Assembly: GCF_006345805.1 (NCBI RefSeq)
Contig: NC_043025.1
Location: 16,616,001-16,680,000 of the forward strand
From: Octopus sinensis
Lineage: Eukaryota
DNA: 64,000 nt
Direction: 5' to 3'
Positions 36,013 through 47,700 of this stretch are shown here, piece by piece. A program made the position numbers and the translations under genes. Each line of letters begins with the position of its first letter. Within the stretch, counting starts at the first letter, position 1. The notes under the pieces were generated by a model. That model saw only the letters and a list, made by a program, of their open reading frames with translations. It ran no database searches and was not told the DNA's origin.

Positions 36013-36735
36013 TCCAATCCATAAGAGGCACAGTGTAGATCTGTAAGACGTTCTAAAGATTTACAATCTGAGATTCTTATGTTAATAGATGCAGACACTT
36101 CGGTGTGTGCATCAACAATTCAACCAACACACTAACTCAACTGCATATTTACAGACATCAGGAAGACTCTTAACTTAAAAAGTCTTGTTGCTTTGTTAGC
36201 GTCCAGCTTCAACTCTCTCAAGATGAACTTAAATAAAACTCAAAGTAAAAACATACATACGTATAGACATATGTTGTTCACTTCAAGTCTTCTATGAAAA
36301 ACGTCTGGCTTTGAGGAATTGTTACTTTACTGGGAAACTGGTGAAGGTTGGTGAAGAACATCTTGTGTATAAATCATACTGCTTTTATATTTGAATGTAA
36401 CTGAAGAAACGAAAAGAAGTGAAATTGAACCAGTGCATGTTTATTGTTGGTGTAATGACCTACCCAACATACATGATGTGTGTGTGCACGCGCATGCTTT
36501 TTATATCTTTTCCTTTTTTTCGTTTGGTAGACTGCTGCCATGTTGGATCATCGCCTTGGAAGGTTCAAAGGAATGAACCCCGATATTTTATTCTTTTAAA
36601 GTTTGGTACTTGATGATCTGTTAGTGCCTTTTGCCCAAAACCATTGAGTTAGAGGGTCGTAAACAAACCGACACCACTTGTCAAAGGGTGGGTGATGACA
36701 CGCACACACATACACACATACGATAGGCTTCTTTC

Positions 36736-37479
36736 AGATTTTTTCCTTTTGAACGGCAGTTTTCAACACAGTTTCTAGTTAACTAAACACTTTAAAACTT
36801 CGTATTCTGGCAGAATGTGTCAAAATAAAACATTTTTTTCTCTTGGCTTTCTTGAGAAAATTGTAATTTGTTTGTTTAATGTAGTTTAATTTTTTGAATT
36901 TTAACCAATGAATTGCCTCTAATTTAGCTAAAATCATTTGCTGCATCTAAAACTGAGACAACATCCTGTAACTAACCCTAACCCTAAATTTTAGCCTTTT
37001 ATTTTTTTTTTCTTAATTGTTAAATTAATTTAAGGGAAAAAAATGATAGGCTAAAATGAAAGCAATGGAAAATAATTTTAATTTAACAATTAAGAAAAAA
37101 AAAACGAAAGGCTAAAAAGAAAGCAAAATCTCAAAACAAAAACAAAACGAATCATTTTAGACACACGCGTAACAATTAAATTAATTTAACAATTAAGAAA
37201 AAAAAAAACAAAAACGAAAGGCTAAAATTTAGGGTTAGGGTGAGGGTTAGGGTTAGTTACAGGATGTTGTCTCAGTTTTAGACGCAGCAAATGATTTTAG
37301 CTCGAAAGAGAGCATAGGATTGGTTAAAATTCGAAAAATTAAACTACGTTAAACTTACAAATTACAATTTTCTCAAGAAAGCCAAGAGAAAAAAATGTTT
37401 TATTTTGACACATTCTTCCAGAATAGTTAACTAGAAATTGTGTTGAAAACTGCCGTTCAAAAAGAAAAGATCCAAGATC
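36736..37479. mobile_element. Foldback-type element (~280-bp inverted arms with telomeric repeats) inserted into a family-A SINE
   Basis: The left arm 36736-~37030 is the reverse complement of ~37170-37472. Arms carry CCCTAA (36975-36986) and TTAGGG (37229-37255). Perfect 8-bp TSD CTTCTTTC at 36728-36735 and 37480-37487. The host SINE resumes after the TSD. Confidence 0.9.
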
Positions 37480-37839
37480 CCTTCTTTCTGTTTCTGTCTA
37501 CCAAATCCCCTCACAAGCCTCTGGTCGGCTTTTGCCCAAGGTGCCACGCAGTCGGACTGAACCCAGAACCATGTGGTTGGGAAGCAAGCTTCTTCCCACA
37601 CAACCAGACTTCCAATGTGCCATATGTAGTTACTTCCCTTCACACACTGGGTTTCAAATCCAACTTTCGTTTTCTTCTTTGCTGTTTCTTTCGGGGTCAA
37701 CAGAAAAGAGGATCAGACCAGACGAATACCGTACAATTGTAATCGGCCCCGTGTCATCTCCCGCCACTTCTCAATGATATGGGATTGTATTTCTATGATA
37801 GAAACCCTGTTTAGTTATGTTAGTGGTGGGTATAGGAAG

Positions 37840-38650
37840 GTAGGGGGTTCTAGATAGGCAGATAGAGAGAGAGAAAGAGTGTGTGAGGGAAGAGATACGG
37901 ACAGAGAGAAAAAGAGGAGAGAGAGAGACAGAGAAAGAGAGGAGAGAAAGGCTTGAGAGAGGGGGAGAGAAACAGTGAGACAGGTATAGAGAGAGAGAGG
38001 GGTTGGGGAGACAGTCACAAATAGAGAGAAGGAAGGGAGTTATATAGAGAGATAGATAGGGAGAGGAAAAAGAGAGAGAGATAGACATATAGAGAGGGAA
38101 GAGGGTGAGACAGGAAGATAGAGAAAGAGAGAGAGAAAGGGTGGGGTGGGAGAAAGAAGGGTGGTGGTATCAGTTTGAGATTAACAGGTGGTGGTGACAC
38201 GGAAGGCGCGATAGCGTAAGAAATAGAGGGAGAAGCCTGGGGTATAGGCTGAGGTGAGTAGGAGGAAGGGTAGTAGTATCAGGTGTTATTTAAACTGAAG
38301 GAGGAATGGACAAGTGAGAGTTGGAGGCAAATACAGTGTAAAGAGAGAGAGAAACAGAGCGATGATAGAGTAATAGATAGAGAAGGGAAGAGAGGGAGGA
38401 GAGAAAAGTAAGATGGAAAGAGTGAAAGTTAGAGAAAGCATGAGAAAGTGAGATGTGAAAGAGTAATAGTTACATAGGCAGGGGGAAAGACAAATGTGTG
38501 TATGTGGAGAGAATGAGAAAGAGAACGATATAAAAGAAAGATTAAATAATAGAGAGAGGGGAAAGAAAAGAAAAGCGAAGAGGAAGAAGCGGCAAAAGAC
38601 TATCGAGAGAGTAAGAAACGAACTGAGAGAAGGAGAGTATTTAAAAGTGG
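37840..38650. repeat. ~800-bp purine-rich (GA/GGA)n tract
   Basis: Direct reading; source of the L/S/F-rich minus-strand ORFs. Confidence 0.9.
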
Positions 38651-38789
38651 ACATTGAAGAGGACAAGGGCTCTGTTGTCTGCAAAAGTCTTGTCTGAAAG
38701 CATTGTGGTCCTGGAATTGGTCGAGCAATAAACGAAGTGCCTTGTGGTGTTTAGTAACATCTCTAAACTACAACTTCGCCTTTCAGCCT

Positions 38790-41700
38790 TTTGATGAGAA
38801 GTTTTTGATGAAATAAAGTAGCAGTGAAATACTGGGGTAGATTTAATATTCCTCTAAAACATCTGAGATGCCAAGGGAATTATGATAGAAGACTAACACT
38901 AACTTTACCTTTCTTTGTTGTGGGGTGGATACAATAAAGTAGCAGTGAAATACTGGGGTAGATTTAATATTCCTCTAAAACATCTGAGATGCCAGGGAAT
39001 TATAATAGAAGACTAACACTAACTTTACCTTTCTTGTTGTGGGGTGGATAAAATAAAGTAGCAGTGAAATACTGGGGTAGATTTAATATTCCTCTAAAAC
39101 ATCTGAGATGCCAAGGGAATTATGATAGAAGACTAACACTAACTTTACCTTTCATTTTTGTTGTGGGGTGGATAAAATAAAGTAGCAGTGAAATACTGGG
39201 GAAGATTTAATATTTCTATAAATATCTGAGATGCCAAGGGAATTATAATAGAAGACTAACACTAACTTTACCTTTCATTGTTGTGGGGTGGATAAAAAAA
39301 GTAGCAGTGAAATACTGGGGAAGATTTAATATTTCTATAATATCTGAGATGCCAAGGGAATTATAATAGAAGACTAACACTAACTTTACCTTTCATTGTT
39401 GTGGGGTGGATAAAATAAAGTAGCAGTGAAATACTGGGGTAGATTTAATATTCCTCTAAAACATCTCAGATGCCAAGGGAATTATAATAGAAGACTAACA
39501 CTAACTTTACCTTTCTTTGTTGTGGGGTGGATAAAATAAAGTAGCAGTGAAATACTGGGGAAGATTTAATATTCTATAAACATCTGAGATGCCAAGGGAA
39601 TTATGATAGAAGACGAACACTAACTTTACCTTTCATTGTTGTGGGGTGGATAAAATAAAGTAGCAGTGAAATACTGGGGAAGATTTAATATTTCTATAAA
39701 TATCTGAGATGCCAAGGGAATTATAATAGAAGACTAACACTAACTTTACCTTTCATTGTTGTGGGGTGGATAAAATAAAGTAGCAGTGAAATGCTGGGGT
39801 AGATTTAATATTCCTCTAAAACATCTGAGATGCCAAGGGAATTATAATAGAAGACTAACACTAACTTTACCTTTCATTGTTGTGGGGTGGATAAAATAAA
39901 GTAGCAGTGAAATACTGGGGTAGATTTAATATTCCTCTAAAACATCTGAGATGCCAAGGGAATTATGATAGAAGACTAACACTAACTTTACCTTTCATTG
40001 TTGTGGGGTGGATAAAATAAAGTAGCAGTGAAATACTGGGGTAGATTTAATATTTCTATAAAACATCTGAGATGCCAAGGAAATTATAATAGAAGACTAA
40101 CACTAACTTTACCTTTCTTTGTTGTGGGGTGGATAAAATAAAGTAGCAGTGAAATACTGGGGTAGATTTAATATTCCTCTAAAACATCTGAGATGCCAAG
40201 GGAATTATGATAGAAGACTAACACTAACTTTACCTTTCATTGTTGTGGGGTGGATAAAATAAAGTAGCAGTGAAATACTGGGGAAGATTTAATATTCTAT
40301 AAATATCTGAGATGCCAAGGGAATTATGATAGAAGACTAACACTAACTTACCTTTCATTGTTGTGGGGTGGATAAAATAAAGTAGCAGTGAAATACTGGG
40401 GTAGATTTAATATTCCTCTAAAACATCTGAGATGCCAAGGGAATTATAATAGAAGACTAACACTAACTTTACCTTCTTTGTTGTGGGGTGGAAAAAATAA
40501 AGTAGTCAGTGAAATACTGGGGTAGATTTAATATTCCTCTAAAACATCTGAGATGCCAAGGGAATTATGATAGAAGACTAACACTAACTTTACCTTTCAT
40601 TGTTGTGGGGTGGATAAAATAAAGTAGCAGTGAAATACTGGGGAAGATTTAATATTTCTATAAAACATCTGAGATGCCAAGGGAATAATAATAGAAGACT
40701 AACACTAACTTTACCTTTCATTGTTGTGGGGTGGATAAAATAAAGTAGCAGTGAAATACTGGGGTAGATTTAATATTTCTATAAAACATCTGAGATGCCA
40801 AGGGAATTATAATAGAAGACTAACACTAACTTTACCTTTCTTTGTTGTGGGGTGGATAAAATAAAGTAGCAGTGAAATACTGGGGTAGATTTAATATTCC
40901 TCTAAAACATCTGAGATGCCAAGGGAATTATGATAGAAGACTAACACTAACTTTACCTTTCTTTGTTGTGGGGTGGATAAAATAAAGTAGCAGTGAAATA
41001 CTGGGGAAGATTTAATATTTCTCTAAAACAGCTGATATGCAAAGGGAATTATGATAGAAGACTAACACTAACTTTACCTTTCTTTGTTGTGGGGTGGATA
41101 AAATAAAGTAGCAGTGAAAGACTGGGGAAGATTTAATATTTCTAAAATATCTGAGATGCCAAGGGAATTATAATAGAAGACTAACACTAACTTTACCTTT
41201 CATTGTTGTGGGGTGGATAAAATAAAGTAGCAGTGAAATACTGGGGTAGATTTAATATTCCTCTAAAACATCTGAGATGCCAAGGGAATTATAATAGAAG
41301 ACTAACACTAACTTTACCTTTCTTTGTTGTGGGGTGGATAAAATAAAGTAGCAGTGAAATACTGGCGTAGATTTAATATTCCTCTAAAACATCTGAGATG
41401 CCAAGGGAATTATGATAGAAGACTAACACTAACTTTACCTTTCATTGTTGTGGGGTGGATAAAATAAAGTAGCAGTGAAATACTGGGGTAGATTTAATAT
41501 TTCTATAAAACATCTGAGATGCCAAGGGAATTATAATAGAAGACTAACACTAACTTTACCTTTCTTTGTTGTGGGGTGGATAAAATAAAGTAGCAGTGAA
41601 ATACTGGGGTAGATTTAATATTCCTCTAAAACATCTGAGATGCCAAGGGAATTATGATAGAAGACTAACACTAACTATACCTTTCATTGTTGTGGGGTGG

Positions 41701-44700
41701 ATAAAATAAAGTAGCAGTGAAATACTGGGGAGATTTAATATTTCTATAAATATCTGAGATGCCAAGGGAATAATAATAGAAGACTAACACTAACTTTACC
41801 TTTCTTTGTTGTGGGGTGGATAAATAAAGTAGCAGTGAAATACTGGGGAAGATTTAATATTTCTATAAAATATCTGAGATGCCAAGGGAATTATGATAGA
41901 AGACTAACACTAACTTTACCTTTCTTTGTTGTGGGGTGGATAAAATAAAGTAGCAGTGAAATACTGGGGTAGATTTAATATTCCTCTAAAACAGCTGATA
42001 TGCAAAGGGAATTATGATAGAAGACTAACACTAACTTTACCTTTCTTTGTTGTGGGGTGGATAAAATAAAGTAGCAGTGAAATACTGGGGAAGATTTAAT
42101 ATTTCTATAAAACAGCTGATATGCAAAGGGAATTATGATAGAAGACTAACACTAACTTTACCTTTCTTTGTTGTGGGGTGGATAAAATAAAGTAGCAGTG
42201 AAATACTGGGGAAGATTTAATATTTCTATAAATATCTGAGATGCCAAGGGAATTATGATAGAAGACTAACACACTTTACCTTTCTTTGTTGGGGGTGGAT
42301 AAAATAAAGTAGCAGTGAAATACTGGGGTAGATTTAATATTTCTATAAAACATCTGAGATGCCAAGGGAATTATGATAGAAGACTAACACTAACTTTACC
42401 TTTTTTGTTGTGGGGTGGATAAAATAAAGTAGCAGTGAAATACTGGGGAAGATTTAATATTTCTCTAAAACAGCTGATATGCAAAGGGAATTATGATAGA
42501 AGACTAACACTAACTTTACCTTTCTTTGTTGTGGGGTGGATAAAATAAAATAGCAGTGAAATACTGGGGAAGATTTAATATTTCTATAAATATCTGAGAT
42601 GCCAAGGAATTATAATAGAAGACTAACACTAACTTTACCTTTCATTGTTGTGGGGTGGATAAAATAAAGTAGCAGTGAAATACTGGGGTAGATTTAATAT
42701 TCCTCTAAAACATCTGAGATGCCAAGGGAATTATAATAGAAGACTAACACTAACTTTACCTTTCTTTGTTGTGGGGTGGATAAAATAAAGTAGCAGTGAA
42801 ATACTGGGGTAGATTTAATATTCCTCTAAAACATCTGAGATGCCAAGGGAATTATGATAAAAGACTAACACTAACTTTACCTTTCATTGTGTGGGGTGGA
42901 TAAAATAAAGTAGCAGTGAAATACTGGGGTAGATTTAATATTTCTATAAAACATCTGAGATGCCAAGGGAATTATAATAGAAGACTAACACTAACTTTAC
43001 CTTTCTTTGTTGTGGGGTGGATAAAATAAAGTAGCAGTGAAATACTGGGGTAGATTTAATATTCCTCTAAAACATCTGAGATGCCAAGGGAATTATGATA
43101 GAAGACTAACACTAACTTTACCTTTCTTTGTTGTGGGGTGGATACAATAAAGTAGCAGTGAAATACTGGGGTAGATTTAATATTCCTCTAAAACATCTGA
43201 GATGCCAAGGGAATTATAATAGAAGACTAACACTAACTTTACCTTTCTTTGTTGTGGGGTGGATAAAATAAAGTAGCAGTGAAATACTGGGGTAGATTTA
43301 ATATTCCTCTAAAACATCTGAGATGCCAAGGGAATTATGATAGAAGACTAACACTAACTTTACCTTTCATTGTTGTGGGGTGGATAAAATAAAGTAGCAG
43401 TGAAATACTGGGGAAGATTTAATATTTCTATAAATATCTGAGATGCCAAGGGAATTATGATAGAAGACTAACACTAACTTTACCTTTCATTGTTGTGGGG
43501 TGGATAAAATAAAGTAGCAGTGAAATACTGGGGTAGATTTAATATTCCTCTAAAACATCTGAGATGCCAAGGGAATTATAATAGAAGACTAACACTAACT
43601 TTACCTTTCTTTGTTGTGGGGTGGAAAAAATAAAGTAGCCAGTGAAATACTGGGGTAGATTTAATATTCCTCTAAAACATCTGAGATGCCAAGGGAATTA
43701 TAATAGAAGACTAACACTAACTTTACCTTTCTTTGTTGTGGAGTGGAAAAAATAAAGTAGCCAGTGAAAAACTGGGGTAGATTTAATATTCCTCTAAAAC
43801 ATCTGAGATGCCAAGGGAATTATATAGAAGACTAACACTAACTTTACCTTTCATTGTTGTGGGGTGGATAAAATAAAGTAGCAGTGAAATACTGGGGTAG
43901 ATTTAATATTTCTATAAAACATCTGAGATGCCAAGGGAATTATGATAGAAGACTAACACTAACTTTACCTTTCTTTGTTGTGGGGTGGATAAAATAAAGT
44001 AGCAGTGAAATACTGGGGAAGATTTAATATTTCTCTAAAACAGCTGATATGCAAAGGGAATTATGATAGAAGACTAACACTAACTTTACCTTTCTTTGTT
44101 GTGGGGTGGATAAAATAAAGTAGCAGTGAAATACTGGGGAAGATTTAATATTTCTATAAATATCTGAGATGCCAAGGGAATTATAATAGAAGACTAACAC
44201 TAACTTTACCTTTCTTTGTTGTGGGGTGGATAAAATAAAGTAGCAGTGAAATACTGGGGTAGATTTAATATTCCTCTAAAACATCTGAGATGCCAAGGGA
44301 ATTATGATAAAAGACTAACACTAACTTTACCTTTCATTGTTGTGGGGTGGATACAATAAAGTAGCAGTGAAATACTGGGGTAGATTTAATATTTCTATAA
44401 AACATCTGAGATGCCAAGGGAATTATAATAGAAGACTAACACTAACTTTACCTTTCTTTGTTGTGGGGTGGATAAAATAAAGTAGCAGTGAAATACTGGG
44501 GTAGATTTAATATTCCTCTAAAACATCTGAGATGCCAAGGGAATTATGATAGAAGACTAACACTAACTTTACCTTTCTTTGTTGTGGGGTGGATACAATA
44601 AAGTAGCAGTGAAATACTGGGGTAGATTTAATATTCCTCTAAAACATCTGAGATGCCAAGGGAATTATAATAGAAGACTAACACTAACTTTACCTTTCTT

Positions 44701-47700
44701 TGTTGTGGGGTGGATAAAATAAAGTAGCAGTGAAATACTGGGGTAGATTTAATATTCCTCTAAAACATCTGAGATGCCAAGGGAATTATGATAGAAGACT
44801 AACACTAACTTTACCTTTCATTGTTGTGGGGTGGATAAAATAAAGTAGCAGTGAAATACTGGGGAAGATTTAATATTTCTATAAATATCTGAGATGCCAA
44901 GGGAATTATGATAGAAGACTAACACTAACTTTACCTTTCATTGTTGTGGGGTGGATAAAATAAAGTAGCAGTGAAATACTGGGGTAGATTTAATATTCCT
45001 CTAAAACATCTGAGATGCCAAGGGAATTATAATAGAAGACTAACACTAACTTTACCTTTCTTTGTTGTGGGGTGGAAAAAATAAAGTAGCCAGTGAAAAA
45101 CTGGGGTAGATTTAATATTCCTCTAAAACATCTGAGATGCCGAGGGAATTATAATAGAAGACTAACACTAACTTTACCTTTCTTTGTTGTGGGGTGGAAA
45201 AAATAAAGTAGCCAGTGAAAAACTGGGGTAGATTTAATATTCCTCTAAAACATCTGAGATGCCAAGGGAATTATAATAGAAGACTAACACTAACTTTACC
45301 TTTCATTGTTGTGGGGTGGATAAAATAAAGTAGCAGTGAAATACTGGGGTAGATTTAATATTCCTCTAAAACATCTGAGATGCCAAGGGAATTATGATAG
45401 AAGACTAACACTAACTTTACCTTTCATTGTTGTGGGGTGGATAAAATAAAGTAGCAGTGAAATACTGGGGTAGATTTAATATTTCTATAAAACATCTGAG
45501 ATGCCAAGGGAATTATAATAGAAGACTAACACTAACTTTACCTTTTTTGTTGTGGGGTGGATAAATAAATAAAGTAGCAGTGAAATACTGGGGTAGATTT
45601 AATATTCCTCTAAAACATCTGAGATGCCAAGGGAATTATGATAAAAGAGTAACACTAACTTTACCTTTCTTTGTGGGGTGGATACAATAAAGTAGCAGTG
45701 AAATACTGGGGTAGATTTAATATTCTCTAAAACAACTGAGATGCCAAGGGAATTATAATAGAAGACTAACACTAACTTTACCTTTCTTTGTTGTGGGGTG
45801 GATAAAATAAAGTAGCAGTGAAATACTGGGGTAGATTTAATATTCCTCTAAAACATCTGAGATGCCAAGGGAATTATGATAGAAGACTAACACTAACTTT
45901 ACCTTTCATTGTTGTGGGGTGGATAAAATAAAGTAGCAGTGAAATACTGGGGTAGATTTAATATTCCTCTAAAACATCTGAGATGCCAAGGGAATTATAA
46001 TAGAAGACTAACACTAACTTTACCTTTCTTTGTTGTGGGGTGGAAAAAATAAAGTAGCCAGTGAAATACTGGGGTAGATTTAATATTCCTCTAAAACATC
46101 TGAGATGCCAAGGGAATTATGATAGAAGACTAACACTAACTTTACCTTTCATTGTTGTGGGGTGGATAAAATAAAGTAGCAGTGAAATACTGGGGAAGAT
46201 TTAATATTTCTATAAATATCTGAGATGCCAAGGGAATAATAATAGAAGACTAACACTAACTTTACCTTTCATTGTTGTGGGGTGGATAAAATAAAGTAGC
46301 AGTGAAATACTGGGGTAGATTTAATATTTCTATAAAACATCTGAGATGCCAAGGGAATTATGATAGAAGACTAACACTAACTTTACCTTTCTTTGTTGTG
46401 GGGTGGATAAAATAAAGTAGCAGTGAAATACTGGGGAAGATTTAATATTCTATAATATCTGAGATGCCAAGGGAATTATAATAGAAGACTAACACTAACT
46501 TTACCTTTCATTGTTGTGGGGTGGATAAAATAAAGTAGCAGTGAAATACTGGGGTAGATTTAATATTCCTCTAAAACATCTGAGATGCAGGGAATTATGA
46601 TAGAAGACTAACACTAACTTTACCTTTCTTTGTTGTGGGGTGGATAAAATAAAGTAGCAGTGAAATACTGGGGTAGATTTAATTCCTCTAAAACATCTGA
46701 GATGCCAAGGGAATTATGATAGAAGACTAACACTAACTTTACTTTCTTTGTTGTGGGGTGGATACAATAAAGTAGCAGTGAAATACTGGGGTAGATTTAA
46801 TATTCCTCTAAAACATCTGATATGCCAAGGAATTATAATAGAAGACTAACACTAACTTTACCTTTCTTTGTTGTGGGGTGGATAAAATAAAGTAGTAGCA
46901 GTGAAATACTGGGGTAGATTTAATATTCCTCTAAAACATCTGAGATGCCAAGGGATTATGATAGAAGACTAACACTAACTTTACCTTTCATTGTTGTGGG
47001 GTGGATAAAATAAAGTAGCAGTGAAATACTGGGGAAGATTTAATATTTCTATAAATATCTGAGATGCCAAGGAATTATGATAGAGACTAACACTAACTTT
47101 ACCTTTCATTGTTGTGGGGGTGATAAATAAAGTAGCAGTGAAATACTGGGGTAGATTTATATTCCTCTAAAACATCTGAGATGCCAAGGAATTATGATAG
47201 AAGACTAACACTAACTTTACCTTTCTTTGTTGTGGGGTGGAAAAAATAAAGTAGCAGTGAAAAACTGGGTAGATAGATTAAATTCCTCTAAAACATCTGA
47301 GATGCCGAAGGGAATTATAATAGAAGACTAACACTAACTTTACCTTTCTTTGTTGTGGGGTGGAAAAAATAAAGTAGCAGTGAAATACTGGGGTAGATTT
47401 AATATTCCTCTAAAACATCTGAGATGCCAAGGAATTATAATAGAAGACTAACACTAACTTTACCTTTCATTGTTGTGGGGTGGATAAAATAAAGTAGCAG
47501 TGAAATACTGGGGTAGATTTAATATTCCTCTAAAACATCTGAGATGCCAAGGGAATTATGATAGAAGACTAACACTAACTTTACCTTTCATGTTGTGGGG
47601 TGGATAAAATAAAGTAGCAGTGAAATACTGGGGTAGATTTAATATTTCTATAAAAAATCTGAGATGCCAAGGGATTATAATAGAAGACTAACACTAACTT

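Noticed and set aside
38494-38697. Charged 67-aa ORF resembling an L1/Tx1 ORF1 basic region
   Set aside because: It lies almost entirely in the GA-rich tract, so its composition explains the K/R/E content; no motif supports it.
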